In this document: piece after piece, positions 8,706 to 19,500 of the stretch
How the letters are laid out: each line of letters begins with the position of its first letter
Position numbering within the stretch: the first letter of the stretch is position 1
Origin: Bacteroidales bacterium
GTDB taxonomy: Bacteria; Bacteroidota; Bacteroidia; Bacteroidales; DTU049
Assembly: GCA_035390965.1 (NCBI GenBank)
Contig: DAOPKE010000001.1
Span: 24,656 to 88,655 of the forward strand
Reading direction: 5' to 3'
Length of the DNA: 64,000 nucleotides
Program-made: the position numbers and the translations under genes
The notes under the pieces: generated by a model
Told to the model about the DNA's origin: nothing
Seen by the model: only the letters and a program-made list of their open reading frames with translations
Database searches by the model: none

Positions 8706-10043
8706 ATGGCACTGAAAAAAAAGAACAAACGAATTATCATCTGGAGCATTGTAGGCCTTGCGGTTTTACTCATCATTCTGCGTAAGGCAGGTGTAATCGG
8801 AGGCGTTGAAACCATTCAGGTTGCAGTTGAAAACGTGACTCAGCGCGACATTACTGAAACCGTTTCGGCGAGCGGAAAAATTCAGCCAGTGCGTGAAGTC
8901 AAGTTGAGTCCCGATGTTTCAGGTGAAATTATCGAGCTGCTTGTAAAAGAAGGCGACCGTGTTAAGGAAGGTCAGGTGCTGGCCCGCGTAAAGCCGGACA
9001 TATACCAGGCAAATTATGAGCAGCTCGCTGCCAACGTGAATTCGCAGAAAGCAAATCTCTCAAATTCCGAAGCGCGATTGGCACAGACCGAAGCACAATT
9101 TGTGAACACTGAAGCATCGTACAACCGCAACAAGACATTGTTTGATCAGGGTGTTATTTCGAAGGCCGAATTCGATGCAGCACAGGCGCAATACGATGTT
9201 GCAAAGGCGGAAGTGCAGGCATCGAAACAAACGGTCAATGCAGCTCGCTTTAATGTGTACAGCGCTCAGGCCAGCATGAGTGAGGCATCGAAAAACCTGT
9301 CGCGGACAACCATTGTTGCTCCGGTCGATGGTACCATAAGTACACTCAATGTTGAAGTAGGGGAGCGCGTTGCAGGCGCATCGCAATTCAGTTCGGGTAC
9401 CGAAATTCTGCGCATTGCCGACATGGCAGAAATGGAAGTGATGGCCAGTGTAAATGAAAACGAAGTTGTGCGGTTGTCTCTGGGCGATACGGCCATTGTT
9501 GATGTTGATGCATATCCGAATAAAAAGTTCAAGGGCATAGTAACAGAAATCGGCAATTCGGCCAACGTGAGCGGTATCAGTGCCGATCAGGTGAGTAACT
9601 TCGATGTGACTATACAAATTCTTTCATCGTCTTATGCCGACATGATTCCGAAAGGCGCTGTTGACTATTCCCCTTTCAGGCCAGGAATGTCGGCTTCAGT
9701 AGAAATTCAAACCGAAAAAGTAAAACAGGTTTTATCGGTTCCGGTGCAATCGGTCACAACCCGCGATGAATCTGAGCTTATGGTTGTTGATGATAAGAAA
9801 AAAACTGATGAAAAAGATAATCACGATGGCATTACCGAATTTGTTTTTGTGATTGAAAATGGTATTGCAAAGCGCAGAACGGTGAAAACCGGCGTTCAGG
9901 ATAATGAATACATTCAGATTCTCGAAGGGCTCAAAAAAGATGAGGTTGTTATTGTTGCGCCGTACAGCGCCATAGCAAAGAAACTTCAGGGAGAAGAGAA
10001 AGTGGAAGTTGTGGATCGCAAAAATCTTTTTGAAGTAAATTGA
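8706..10043 (+). CDS. Efflux periplasmic adaptor subunit (HlyD/MacA-like)
   Basis: N-terminal TM anchor, lipoyl-like VSGEIIELLVKEGDRVKEGQVLARV, long coiled-coil hairpin, IVAPVDGTIS, and a C-terminal beta-barrel region. Confidence 0.85.
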   Translation: MALKKKNKRIIIWSIVGLAVLLIILRKAGVIGGVETIQVAVENVTQRDITETVSASGKIQPVREVKLSPDVSGEIIELLVKEGDRVKEGQVLARVKPDIYQANYEQLAANVNSQKANLSNSEARLAQTEAQFVNTEASYNRNKTLFDQGVISKAEFDAAQAQYDVAKAEVQASKQTVNAARFNVYSAQASMSEASKNLSRTTIVAPVDGTISTLNVEVGERVAGASQFSSGTEILRIADMAEMEVMASVNENEVVRLSLGDTAIVDVDAYPNKKFKGIVTEIGNSANVSGISADQVSNFDVTIQILSSSYADMIPKGAVDYSPFRPGMSASVEIQTEKVKQVLSVPVQSVTTRDESELMVVDDKKKTDEKDNHDGITEFVFVIENGIAKRRTVKTGVQDNEYIQILEGLKKDEVVIVAPYSAIAKKLQGEEKVEVVDRKNLFEVN

Positions 10044-10735
10044 GTTTGATTCTTCATATAGAAACAGCTACGCAGGTTTGTTCAGCCGCGCTGAGCCACG
10101 ATGGCATGTTGATGGCTGAAGCTGTTGCTGAAACTGAAATGTCGCATGCATCTACGCTCATGCCTTTGATTGATGAGCTTTTCAAAAAACAGAATATTGA
10201 TCTGAAAGATCTCTGCGCAGTATCTGTTAGCTCGGGACCTGGCTCCTATACTGGGCTGCGAATAGGTGCCAGCACGGCAAAAGGCATTTGCTATTCACTC
10301 GGGATTCCTCTGATTGCTGTCGGATCGCTGCATTCAGCAGCATCAGGTATGAAAGAAATTTCAAATGCAAAAGGAACCGATCTGCTGATTCCGATGATAG
10401 ATGCGCGCCGTATGGAAGCGTTTGCGGCTATTTACGATGCTTCGCTCAAGGAACTCAGAGCGCCGCATCCGTGGATCCTTGATCAGTCAAGTCTCGATGA
10501 GTTTTCGGGCAGAAAAATATTTCTTGCCGGAACAGGAGCTGATAAATTGAAAGCGTTGTATTCATCATTCAGTAATGTTGTTTTTCTGAATGAAAATGTG
10601 CATCGGGCTTCATTTGCATGCAGCATTGCTTTTGACAAATTTCAGCATTCAGCATTTGAAGACACGGCCTATTTTGAGCCCGATTACGGGAAGGATTTCG
10701 TTCCGGGCAAGCCGGTAATAAAAGGATTGAAATAA
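10040..10735 (+). CDS. tsaB: tRNA t6A37 biosynthesis protein TsaB (YeaZ)
   Basis: LILHIETATQVCSAAL and SSGPGSYTGLRIGASTAKG signature, 231 aa. TTG start overlaps the upstream stop. Confidence 0.85.
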   Translation: MSLILHIETATQVCSAALSHDGMLMAEAVAETEMSHASTLMPLIDELFKKQNIDLKDLCAVSVSSGPGSYTGLRIGASTAKGICYSLGIPLIAVGSLHSAASGMKEISNAKGTDLLIPMIDARRMEAFAAIYDASLKELRAPHPWILDQSSLDEFSGRKIFLAGTGADKLKALYSSFSNVVFLNENVHRASFACSIAFDKFQHSAFEDTAYFEPDYGKDFVPGKPVIKGLK

Positions 10736-10747
10736 ATTTTGTATTGT

Positions 10748-11731
10748 ATGACTCCGTATTTTTCAGTAATAGTGCCAGTTTACAATCGTCCGGATGAAGT
10801 GGATGAATTGCTGGACAGTCTTGTGAAACAAACGAACAAAGATTTTGAAGTATTGATAGTGGAGGATGGCTCCACATTGAAATGCGAAGATGTCTGCAAT
10901 AAGTATGTTGACAAGCTCGACCTGAAATATTTATTCAAACCAAACAGTGGCCGCAGCGAAACCCGCAACTACGGCATGGAGCGCGCAAATGGTGAGTATT
11001 TTATCATCTTCGATTCGGATGTGATTCTGCCATCAAATTATTTTGAAATAGTGAGAAAAAATCTGGAGGCGGATTACATTGATTGTTACGGAGGCCCTGA
11101 CAGCGCTGATGATTCATTTTCAATTGTTCAGAAGGCCATCAATTATTCGATGACATCCATCATGACTACTGGCGGAATCCGCGGTGCGACGAAGAATGTG
11201 GACAAATTTTCTCCACGTTCATTCAATATGGGAATGTCGAAAGAAGTTTTCCAAAAAGTGGGCGGATACAAAAACATGATCGGCGAAGACATTGATTTGA
11301 GTTTTCGCATCAAGCAAGCTGGCTTTAAGACAAGACTATTCCGTGATGCATATGTTTTTCATAAACGTCGAGTGAGTTTTAAAAAATTTTATCGCCAGGT
11401 AAATACTTTTGGAAAAGGGCGTGTATTGTTGTCTAAAATACATCCGGGCACACTCAAAGCGGTTCACTTGTTGCCCATGTTTTTTGTATTGGGTAACCTT
11501 GCGCTTGCTGCTCTGGCAGCCATTTTCCTGAATCCGTGGTTTTTGCTTCCGCTGGGAGTTTATGTGATTGCTGTGTTTTTTGAATCGCTGATAAAAAATA
11601 AAAAACTTTCGATTGCGATTCTTTCAATCGTTGCAAGCTACTGGCAGCTTTTTGGCTATGGGACAGGGTTTATGGGCGAGCTCATCACCGGAAAAGCCGG
11701 TAAAAGTTCTCAGGAAAAATTGTACAAATAA
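10748..11731 (+). CDS. Glycosyltransferase family 2 with C-terminal TM helices
   Basis: FSVIVPVYNRPDEVDELLDSLVKQT..FEVLIVEDGS and DSD (IIFDSDVIL). I moved the start to ATG 10748; the track start at 10739 is TTG. Confidence 0.8.
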   Translation: MTPYFSVIVPVYNRPDEVDELLDSLVKQTNKDFEVLIVEDGSTLKCEDVCNKYVDKLDLKYLFKPNSGRSETRNYGMERANGEYFIIFDSDVILPSNYFEIVRKNLEADYIDCYGGPDSADDSFSIVQKAINYSMTSIMTTGGIRGATKNVDKFSPRSFNMGMSKEVFQKVGGYKNMIGEDIDLSFRIKQAGFKTRLFRDAYVFHKRRVSFKKFYRQVNTFGKGRVLLSKIHPGTLKAVHLLPMFFVLGNLALAALAAIFLNPWFLLPLGVYVIAVFFESLIKNKKLSIAILSIVASYWQLFGYGTGFMGELITGKAGKSSQEKLYK

Positions 11732-11732
11732 T

Positions 11733-12509
11733 TCAATTGTATTTTCTGGTGAACGGATATTTCATGATGATTATGAAATGTGCCCATAGTGTGCGGCACA
11801 GACCGAAATGTTTTTTCATAATGCAAAAACGCTCCTTCCACGATTTCTTGCGATGTTGTGCCGACAGGCCCGAAATCATGAACCTGGAAATGTAATCGTC
11901 AATGAACAGGTTGTGCTTTGACACGGCAAGTACTTTTGCTGTCCAGTCATAATCTGCCGAAATTCTGTATTGCAAATCATATAACGGAGCAATGGATTTC
12001 CGCACCAGGATTGACTGATGGCACACTACCAATCCACGGAGCAAATGCTTTTTTTTCAGATTGGCCGGTGCAATTTTATGGCGCTCTCCCAATGGCTGAT
12101 CATTTTCTCCAATCATGAGCGATTGTCCGTAAACCACATCCGAAGACGGATTCAGTCTTAATGCATTTTCTATTTTTTCAACAGTATGCTCATCAAATAT
12201 TTTATCTCCGGCGTTGATGAACCATACAAAATCGCCGGTAGCCATTTGCATGCCTTTGTTCATCGCATCATACAGACCTTTGTCGGGCTCGCTTATGTAG
12301 CGGAAATCCGATGATTTCACCGCTGGATATTTTCCTTCTGCAATTTCTTTTTCAAACCGTTGGATTATTTCAACTGTTTTATCTTTTGAATTTCCATCAA
12401 CAATAACATACTCAACGCTGCCATTTTTTTGCTGCAGCACGCTCTGCATGGTCTTTTCGAGAACCTTCTCTGCGTTGTAGGTGATGGTGATGATTGAAAC
12501 TACAGCCAT
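11733..12509 (-). CDS. Glycosyltransferase family 2
   Basis: VSIITITYNAEKVLEKTMQSVLQQ...YVIVDGNSKDKT and FINAGD (DxD-like). Its stop is 1 nt from the stop of the convergent GT2 gene. Confidence 0.8.
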   Translation of the reverse strand: MAVVSIITITYNAEKVLEKTMQSVLQQKNGSVEYVIVDGNSKDKTVEIIQRFEKEIAEGKYPAVKSSDFRYISEPDKGLYDAMNKGMQMATGDFVWFINAGDKIFDEHTVEKIENALRLNPSSDVVYGQSLMIGENDQPLGERHKIAPANLKKKHLLRGLVVCHQSILVRKSIAPLYDLQYRISADYDWTAKVLAVSKHNLFIDDYISRFMISGLSAQHRKKSWKERFCIMKKHFGLCRTLWAHFIIIMKYPFTRKYN

Positions 12510-12511
12510 TT

Positions 12512-13435
12512 TTATTTATTCAGATACCACTGATACACTTTTTCAATGCCTTCTTTCAACGTTGTTTTGTGTTTCCACCCCGATGCGTGCAGACGGCTCA
12601 CATCAAGCAGTTTGCGCGGTGTGCCGTCGGGCCTGGTGGTATCATATACCATTTTGCCTTCGTATCCCACAACCGATTTCACCGTTAATGCAAGTTCATT
12701 GATGGACAAATCTTCACCGGTTCCGATGTTTACATGAATCTCTTCGGAATAATGCTGCATCAGATGCACCAAAGCATCGGCAAGATCATCCACATACAGA
12801 AATTCGCGCAGCGGTTTGCCTGTGCCCCACAAAACAACTTCCGGCATATTCTCAATTTTCGCTTCATGGAATTTCCGGATCATTGCAGGAAGTACATGCG
12901 ATGAATTGAGGTCGAAGTTGTCGTTGATGCCGTAGAGATTTGTGGGCATGGCTGAAATGAAATCGCATCCGTACTGTCGGCGGTAGAATTTGCACAATTC
13001 AAGTCCCGAAATTTTTGCAATGGCATACGCTTCATTGGTTGGTTCCAGTGCTCCTGTGAGCAGGAACTCTTCGCGAATGGGTTGTGGAGCCATTTTCGGA
13101 TAGATGCATGAGCTTCCGAGAAACAAAAGTTTTTTCACCTGATTCAGATATGCTGCATGAATCACGTTGAATTCAATCATCATGTTGTCATAGATGAATT
13201 CTGCAGGATATGTGTTGTTGGCATGAATACCGCCCACTTTTGCAGCTGCGAGAATAACGTAATCCGGTTTTTCCGAAGCAAAAAAATCGTTGACGGCTTT
13301 CTGATTGCGGAGGTCGAGCTCAGTTATATCGCGATGAATAATATCATTGAATCCGTGTTTTCTGAGAGATCTGACTATGGCTGAGCCGACAAGTCCGGTA
13401 TGACCTGCCACATAAATTTTTTCATTTAATTCCAT
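12512..13435 (-). CDS. fcl: GDP-L-fucose synthase (GDP-4-keto-6-deoxymannose epimerase/reductase)
   Basis: [16 protein letters not shown] Rossmann motif, GSSCIYP, YAIAKI (YxxxK), 307 aa, directly downstream of gmd. Confidence 0.9.
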   Translation of the reverse strand: MELNEKIYVAGHTGLVGSAIVRSLRKHGFNDIIHRDITELDLRNQKAVNDFFASEKPDYVILAAAKVGGIHANNTYPAEFIYDNMMIEFNVIHAAYLNQVKKLLFLGSSCIYPKMAPQPIREEFLLTGALEPTNEAYAIAKISGLELCKFYRRQYGCDFISAMPTNLYGINDNFDLNSSHVLPAMIRKFHEAKIENMPEVVLWGTGKPLREFLYVDDLADALVHLMQHYSEEIHVNIGTGEDLSINELALTVKSVVGYEGKMVYDTTRPDGTPRKLLDVSRLHASGWKHKTTLKEGIEKVYQWYLNK

Positions 13436-13439
13436 GATG

Positions 13440-14504
13440 CTATTCCAGGTTTTTTTTTACAAATTCAAGATCATATTTCACCATGATCCGAACGAGTTCC
13501 TCAAATGATGTTTTGGTGGGATTCCAGCCCAGTGTTTTCCGGGCTTTTGATGGATCGCCCTGTAATTGTTCAACTTCAGTCGGACGGTAATATTTGGGAT
13601 CAACTTCGACAAGAGTATTTCCTGTTTTGACATCGATTCCTTTTTCGTTTTCATTCTCACCTTCCCAGCGAAGTTCAATGCCGGCTTCGGCAAATGCGAG
13701 CGTGCAGAATTCGCGCACAGAATGCATCTGCCCGGTAGCAATGACAAAATCCTCAGCTGTATTATGCTGAAGAATCAGCCACATGCATTCGATGTAGTCT
13801 TTTGCATAGCCCCAGTCTCGCATGGCGTTCAGATTGCCGAGATATAGTTTTTTCTGCAATCCATGTGTAATGCGGGCCGCTGCCAGTGTGATTTTGCGTG
13901 TTACAAAAGTTTCACCGCGCCGTTCGCTTTCGTGATTGAAAAGAATGCCGTTGGCTGCAAAAATATTGTAAGCTTCGCGATAATTTTTTGTAATCCAGAA
14001 TCCATACAACTTTGCAACTCCGTAGGGTGAGCGCGGATAAAACGGTGTGTTTTCCGATTGAGGGACTTCCTGTACTTTCCCATACAATTCAGAAGTGGAG
14101 GCCTGATATATTTTTGTTTTCTTTTCCAGGCCAAGTATTCGCACAGCCTCAAGTACACGAAGGGTTCCAATGGCATCGGTTTCTGCAGTGTATTCAGGAA
14201 CTTCGAATGAAACTTTTACATGTGATTGTGCTGCCAGATTGTATATTTCGTCCGGCTGTACCGATTGAATGATTCTGATGATGGAAGATGAATCGGTCAG
14301 ATCGCCGTAATGAAGCTCGATTTTTTTCTGATGCTTCATGTCTTCAATCCATTCATCAAAATACAAATGTTCGATACGTCCGGTATTGAAGTAGGATGCG
14401 CGGCGCATGAGCCCATGAACATCATATCCCTTTTCGAGCAGAAATTCAGCCAGATAAGACCCGTCCTGACCTGTGATACCTGTAATCAGTGCTGTTTTTT
14501 TCAT
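13440..14504 (-). CDS. gmd: GDP-mannose 4,6-dehydratase
   Basis: [56 protein letters not shown] moved the start to ATG 14504; the track start at 14516 is TTG. Confidence 0.95.
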   Translation of the reverse strand: MKKTALITGITGQDGSYLAEFLLEKGYDVHGLMRRASYFNTGRIEHLYFDEWIEDMKHQKKIELHYGDLTDSSSIIRIIQSVQPDEIYNLAAQSHVKVSFEVPEYTAETDAIGTLRVLEAVRILGLEKKTKIYQASTSELYGKVQEVPQSENTPFYPRSPYGVAKLYGFWITKNYREAYNIFAANGILFNHESERRGETFVTRKITLAAARITHGLQKKLYLGNLNAMRDWGYAKDYIECMWLILQHNTAEDFVIATGQMHSVREFCTLAFAEAGIELRWEGENENEKGIDVKTGNTLVEVDPKYYRPTEVEQLQGDPSKARKTLGWNPTKTSFEELVRIMVKYDLEFVKKNLE

Positions 14505-14508
14505 TATT

Positions 14509-16992
14509 TTATTCAATTGATTCAGTAGAATTATCAGCTTTATTATTGTTGCGAATCCATTTCCAGATCAAGAGACCAATGATTGAAATCAGCGCCAGAC
14601 CTGCGATTACAGACCCCCATAATGATATTTTCTGTCCTTTTATATACAGTTCATCTTTGCAGGTAAACTGAATTACATGATTGCCTGCAGGCACCTGTAA
14701 TCCGCGCAGAATGTAGTTTACGCGAATAATGGGCACGTCTTTTCCATCAATGGTGGCTTTCCATGTTTTATAAAATACTTCTGAGAAAACGGCCAGCTGA
14801 TTCTTTGTGTTTGTTGTTTTATAGCTGATTGCGCCTGGAGAATAATCCATCATTACGATTGCTGCGGAGCTATCAGCTGTTGTTTGTAAAGCTTCAGGAC
14901 TACTGAGTTTATCTTTCCAAACCTGATCGATAACTGCGGTCGTGCGCGGGTTGAAATCAGTTATGGCCACAATTTCCTCATCGGGTCCATTTACCCATTT
15001 CAATGTATCGACAAACCAGGCGTTTCCGAGAGCATCGGGATTTTTCTGCACTCCGGTTCCACCGGTTTCCCTGTTGGGAACAATAACATAGCGGGTATTC
15101 AGCATGTTCAGAACATTCACATTGATTTTTTCGGAAAGGTGATAATCGATGATATCCTGATAGCGTCTGAGTTTAGCGGGGCTGTAGCCGCCAATGGATT
15201 TGTGGTAGTAAGAAGTATTGGATTCGTTGAAAGTGCTGCTGGCAAGATTAAGTACCCGGTAATTCGGGTCTTTGTCTTCAAGAATGATTTTATCGGCCTC
15301 GGTCATCTGAAATGTTTTTGCTTTGCGTTTGGGAACAAAATTGTCATTTCCAAGAAAACGGCGGTCAACGACCCACAGGTCAATCAGAATGAGTGCGCCA
15401 AGCCCGATGATGAGATAATTGTTTTTGAATCGGTATTTCAGAAATGCCCACATGAGGCCGAAGGCAAGGAAGATAAAAGCAAATGATCGCCAAGCATCGT
15501 TGACCATCATTGATTTTCGGTCGGCCTGCAGTGAGTCAATGAGCCAATCCGGATAGTTTGCATCAGATGCAGAAGAAAAGTCAAACAAACCACCGCCAAG
15601 CACTGCGAAAATAAGCGTAAGGCCTCCGGTAATTCCTCCGGCGATATATAGTTTTTTCAGCAGCGCTTCTTTTTTATTTTCGTCTTTGTATTGCTCAATA
15701 AATTCTTTGATGGCTAATATGGCGAGAATGGCCATGGTAACACCAGCGATAGTCAGAGCCATGGCCGGAGTTCTGAATTTATTGTACATCGGCAGATTAT
15801 CGAAAATGAACTGATTGAATCCTCCGAGATTTTTACCCCAGGCCAGCATGACAGAAAGGATGGTTGCGGCAAGCAACCACCATTTTTCTTTTCCTTTCAC
15901 GAGAATCAATCCTAAAACAAAAAGGAAACAAACAATGGCTCCGGCATAGACTGGTCCCGATGTAAAGGGCTGTGCGCCCCAATAGGTGGGGGCATATTTG
16001 CAGAAATTCTTGCCCTGAGCACCACCAACACCATTTGCCTTCAATGTTTTGTAACATTCCGATTCATTGCCGATATTGTAGTGGGAGCTGGCGCCATAGA
16101 GATTTGGGATCAGCAAGGTCCATGTTTCACCAATGCCATAACTCCATTGATATGCATAGTCAATATCAAGCCCTGACCCTTCTTTTTGACCTTTGGGATT
16201 ATTTTTAAGAACCGCACCGCCACGCATGGTTTCTTTGGTGTAGTCCATGATGGTAATCATTCTTCCGATGGATGGCAGAACGGCGATTCCCGCAACGATT
16301 AACAGAATAGCAGAAACCTTGAGAAAATGTTTTATTGCCTTTTCTTTTATTGCATAGATGAAATAGGTAACAAACATAATGGCAATAATCAGCAAGAGAT
16401 AGTAGCTGATTTGCTGATGATTGTAATAAATATGAATACCGGTAAAGATAAGGGTTGTCAGAATGCCGATCAGATATTTTTTTTGATAAGTGAGAATGAT
16501 TCCACCAATGACCGGCGCCATAGTAGCCATGGCCAGTCCTTTGTTTACATGACCGGCATCGATAATAATCAGATTATAGGATGCAAAAGCATAAGCAATA
16601 GACCCAACAATTGCAAGCCATGGTTTGACATTAAAAGCCATCAGCAGGATATAAAAGCCAATAAGATACAGAAAGACAATACCCACATGCAGCCCGGGAA
16701 GATTGAGCCGCAGAATAATGCTCAGATCTTTGAAAATATTGGTCATGGGTGGGGCATAGGTGTAATTGGCCGGCATGCCGCCAAACATTGTGTTTGACCA
16801 ATATGCGTATTCTCCGGTTTTTTCATAATGATCCCTGATATCTTTCCCCCAAGCCTGGGCACTTGCAACATCGCCCTGTGGCAGGTCTTTGTTGTCAAAA
16901 ACAACAGGAGAAAAATATGCAACGGATAAAGCAATAAAAATCAAAACAGCAATGAGATGAGGAAACCAAAGCCTGATATTAATTCTTTTCAT
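14509..16992 (-). CDS. YfhO-family polytopic membrane protein (putative glycan/lipid-linked sugar transferase)
   Basis: About 827 aa with many TM helices, then a large extracytoplasmic C-terminal domain and a final TM. Overall resemblance to YfhO. I chose ATG 16992 because TTG 17022 lies inside the -7 box. Confidence 0.7.
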   Translation of the reverse strand: MKRINIRLWFPHLIAVLIFIALSVAYFSPVVFDNKDLPQGDVASAQAWGKDIRDHYEKTGEYAYWSNTMFGGMPANYTYAPPMTNIFKDLSIILRLNLPGLHVGIVFLYLIGFYILLMAFNVKPWLAIVGSIAYAFASYNLIIIDAGHVNKGLAMATMAPVIGGIILTYQKKYLIGILTTLIFTGIHIYYNHQQISYYLLLIIAIMFVTYFIYAIKEKAIKHFLKVSAILLIVAGIAVLPSIGRMITIMDYTKETMRGGAVLKNNPKGQKEGSGLDIDYAYQWSYGIGETWTLLIPNLYGASSHYNIGNESECYKTLKANGVGGAQGKNFCKYAPTYWGAQPFTSGPVYAGAIVCFLFVLGLILVKGKEKWWLLAATILSVMLAWGKNLGGFNQFIFDNLPMYNKFRTPAMALTIAGVTMAILAILAIKEFIEQYKDENKKEALLKKLYIAGGITGGLTLIFAVLGGGLFDFSSASDANYPDWLIDSLQADRKSMMVNDAWRSFAFIFLAFGLMWAFLKYRFKNNYLIIGLGALILIDLWVVDRRFLGNDNFVPKRKAKTFQMTEADKIILEDKDPNYRVLNLASSTFNESNTSYYHKSIGGYSPAKLRRYQDIIDYHLSEKINVNVLNMLNTRYVIVPNRETGGTGVQKNPDALGNAWFVDTLKWVNGPDEEIVAITDFNPRTTAVIDQVWKDKLSSPEALQTTADSSAAIVMMDYSPGAISYKTTNTKNQLAVFSEVFYKTWKATIDGKDVPIIRVNYILRGLQVPAGNHVIQFTCKDELYIKGQKISLWGSVIAGLALISIIGLLIWKWIRNNNKADNSTESIE

Positions 16993-17019
16993 TGAGGTGC
17001 GTTTTACAAAAATGAATTG

Positions 17020-17027
17020 CAAAAATA
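17020..17027 (-). promoter_or_regulatory. Bacteroidota -7 box (TATTTTTG) for the yfhO-gmd-fcl-GT2 unit
   Basis: Matches TAnnTTTG; 27-nt spacer to ATG 16992. It overlaps the alternative TTG start. Confidence 0.35.
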
Positions 17028-17188
17028 AGGTTTTTTATTGTTGCTTTGGTTTAGTTTGTTTATGGTGTATGTTTTATAGCAATGATTGAAATAAATAAAT
17101 GATTGAATCATTCACAGAATGCTAATTTCGGCATAAACATTCTTTGGTGCCCTGCTTCGATAATCATGAAAAATCAATAAGAAAAACA

Positions 17189-17848
17189 CTAACCTTGTTT
17201 GTTCAGGTTTGATTCGATGAATTCTTCAATATTAAAAAAGTGTTGTTCAATCTCGAGTAGTCTTGAAGGATCGAAATTCCACCATTGAATCTTTTGAAGG
17301 TTCTGAATTTGTTCTTCTGTGAAACGATACTTTACAATCTGAACAGGGACTCCCACTGCAATGGCATAAGGAGGAATATCTTTTGAAACCACGGCTCCTG
17401 CACCAATAATGGCTCCATCGCCAATGCTTACTCCGTCAAGTATTGTAACATTGGCACCTATAAACACATCGTTTCCAATGGTGATGGTTTTTCTTTCATT
17501 GAGTTTATCGGTGGTGCACAAACTGATTCCATTCTGCCTGGCAGTTGAATAAAACATAGGTGCAGTGCTGATGCCATTGGTTGGATGGACTCCCCATCCG
17601 CATAAAAGATTGGGACCAATAGAACAGAATTTCCCGATTTTTGTATTGTTGATCCATGAATTCATTGAAATGTAGGTATAATCTCCTACTTCTGCATCCC
17701 GGATATGTCCGGGAATAGCTATTTTGACGTGTTTTCCCTTTTTGATTCTTTTTGAGCCGGATCTGATATAACTCAGAAAGACATTGTTTTCTCTGAATCG
17801 CATAAATTCAAAGAAAGTAGTGAAAAGGTCTTTTATTTTACCGAACAT
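17189..17848 (-). CDS. Hexapeptide-repeat acetyltransferase, XAT (CatB/Vat-like) class
   Basis: Left-handed beta-helix repeats ([31 protein letters not shown]) and the XAT-type tail [20 protein letters not shown]. Confidence 0.85.
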   Translation of the reverse strand: MFGKIKDLFTTFFEFMRFRENNVFLSYIRSGSKRIKKGKHVKIAIPGHIRDAEVGDYTYISMNSWINNTKIGKFCSIGPNLLCGWGVHPTNGISTAPMFYSTARQNGISLCTTDKLNERKTITIGNDVFIGANVTILDGVSIGDGAIIGAGAVVSKDIPPYAIAVGVPVQIVKYRFTEEQIQNLQKIQWWNFDPSRLLEIEQHFFNIEEFIESNLNKQG

Positions 17849-17857
17849 ATTATTGAT

Positions 17858-18715
17858 TTAAGACACTGATTTACGTTTAAATGCATCGATGAAGGATTCT
17901 GGAGTGGCATTGAAAACTGTACTTTTTGTGGTTTTTGAATATTGCTCTATTTCATGATAACCCTTAAACATGAAATAGAGAAATGAAAGCATGGTTGCCA
18001 GATCAAATTCCATTGTCCGTGCATTTTTTGCCGCGTCTTCTTTGTCGTAGAAGTGAAAATCATTCAGACGAAGCTTGTTTTTTTCATCAACCCACAGGTT
18101 TTTCAGCCAGTCGTTTTCGCTTCCGATGAGGTATATTTCGCTATATCCCGAATATATAGCCAGCATGAGCGCCGCAACCAAAACATTCTGTGCGCGTGGC
18201 ATTCCGAGTTGTTTTCTGTATGCGAATTTTTTCAGAAAACGAAAACCTTCTACTTTTGTTTTATTGTAGTAACATATTGTGATGTTGTTGTTTTTTTTCA
18301 GAATTTGGTTGATTTCTTTTTCCTTGCATGCCTGCCATGGCAGATAAAGTTGCATTTCCCATGTTACTTGAGAAGTCAGATGCTGATAAAAGTCCAACAC
18401 TTTTTCCTTTTGTTTTTCTTGTTTTACATCAAACCAGAAAGCCGGATCGCATAGGACATATGTTTCTGGTTTGAGTTCGGCAAATATGTCTGTTGTTCCC
18501 ATAAAATTAATAGCAATCAGATCATGGGTTTCTGATATGTGGTTTAATGATTTTATTGTATTGTTCAATGATGGACCATTTCCTAAAACGATGCAATGCG
18601 AATGTTTTTTATTTATTTTTTTTGTTTTTGTGAAACGACTGATCCACAACAATCGGAATAATGAAAAAAAAGCATCAATGGAATTGTAAAACCATTGGAG
18701 TTGTTTCGGGTACAT
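17858..18715 (-). CDS. Hypothetical protein, CstII (GT42) / DUF115-like putative glycosyltransferase
   Basis: HCIVLGNGPSLNN near the N-terminus and AALMLAIYSGYSEIYLIGSEND resemble the GNGPSL and GYKEIYLSGID blocks of Campylobacter CstII-type and MAF/DUF115 proteins. I preferred ATG 18715; the TTG at 18745 lies upstream of the -7 box. Confidence 0.4.
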   Translation of the reverse strand: MYPKQLQWFYNSIDAFFSLFRLLWISRFTKTKKINKKHSHCIVLGNGPSLNNTIKSLNHISETHDLIAINFMGTTDIFAELKPETYVLCDPAFWFDVKQEKQKEKVLDFYQHLTSQVTWEMQLYLPWQACKEKEINQILKKNNNITICYYNKTKVEGFRFLKKFAYRKQLGMPRAQNVLVAALMLAIYSGYSEIYLIGSENDWLKNLWVDEKNKLRLNDFHFYDKEDAAKNARTMEFDLATMLSFLYFMFKGYHEIEQYSKTTKSTVFNATPESFIDAFKRKSVS

Positions 18716-18734
18716 ACCTGATGTTTGTTTCTTG

Positions 18735-18742
18735 CAAATGTA
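18735..18742 (-). promoter_or_regulatory. Bacteroidota -7 box (TACATTTG) for the CstII-like/acetyltransferase unit
   Basis: Matches TAnnTTTG; 19-nt spacer to ATG 18715. Confidence 0.35.
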
Positions 18743-18802
18743 CAAAATATCGGATTATTCAATGTTGTATTGTTTAGGGTATATAATCATACATGATTTC
18801 AT

Positions 18803-18833
18803 AAAAAAAGCGCCTTAATAAAGCGCTTTTTTT
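18803..18833 (-). terminator. Rho-independent terminator (bidirectional shape) after the lipoprotein gene 18853-19479
   Basis: AAAAAAAGCGC-CTTAATAAA-GCGCTTTTTTT: a GC stem flanked by an A-run and a T-run, 20 nt downstream of the minus-strand stop. Confidence 0.6.
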
Positions 18834-18852
18834 GAATTCTTTTATCAAGTCA

Positions 18853-19479
18853 TCAGTTATGCGAACTCAGATCCTCATAAATGATAGTGGGATAATCTTC
18901 GGTGGTGGTGCCTTCGGTTTTGATTACCCCGGTACTCAGATTGAACCAGATATACTTGTAATACACCGGGTCCTCACTGGTGGTTTCAAGTATCTTGATG
19001 CAGTTTGTAAAAGTACCTGCAGGAACAGTAACGGTTTCGTTCAGTGCAACAATTCTGCATGAATCAGAAACCGTACCCGAAGTATCGGTCCATGTCTCGG
19101 CCCAGAACTCGTCTACCGCAGGATTGGCATCACAAAACACAAGCATTGTTCCGCCGCCTTGCGAGCAGAGCATTGAGAATTTGGTATCATCGGCATACCA
19201 TTCCTGCGTAATTGTATACATTCCTGCAACGTTCCATGTTACATTTGCATACTTCTGAGCATTGATGCTATTGATGGTAAATGTCTGATTGAAATGGGGA
19301 GACCCGGCATCCGAATCATATGTGTCATATGTCCAGGTGGCGCCGGTTTTGAAGAATGTGAAAACGCTGCTGGTTGGAGTTGTTGGTGTATTGTTGTCTG
19401 GTTCGGGATCATCTTTTTTGCACCCTGTAAAGATGAGTGCAACAGCAAGCACAAGTGCTGCGGGCAGTAGTTTTTTCAT
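18853..19479 (-). CDS. Hypothetical lipoprotein
   Basis: Lipobox signal (LALIFTGCKKDD). No recognisable domain. It lies 21 nt downstream of the OmpA-family gene and is followed by a terminator. Confidence 0.6.
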   Translation of the reverse strand: MKKLLPAALVLAVALIFTGCKKDDPEPDNNTPTTPTSSVFTFFKTGATWTYDTYDSDAGSPHFNQTFTINSINAQKYANVTWNVAGMYTITQEWYADDTKFSMLCSQGGGTMLVFCDANPAVDEFWAETWTDTSGTVSDSCRIVALNETVTVPAGTFTNCIKILETTSEDPVYYKYIWFNLSTGVIKTEGTTTEDYPTIIYEDLSSHN

Positions 19480-19500
19480 ATACCTGAAATTAATGTTTGT

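Noticed and set aside
9060-9617. 185-aa ORF antisense to the adaptor gene
   Set aside because: Cys/His/Arg-rich shadow ORF within the coiled-coil-coding region of a well-supported gene.
17081-17112. Direct repeat AATGATTGAA x2 and palindrome AATGATT-G-AATCATT between the acetyltransferase and yfhO genes
   Set aside because: It is purely AT-rich and short, with a 1-nt centre, so it would make a poor hairpin. It is plausibly chance in AT-rich spacer DNA, so I did not call it a terminator or operator.
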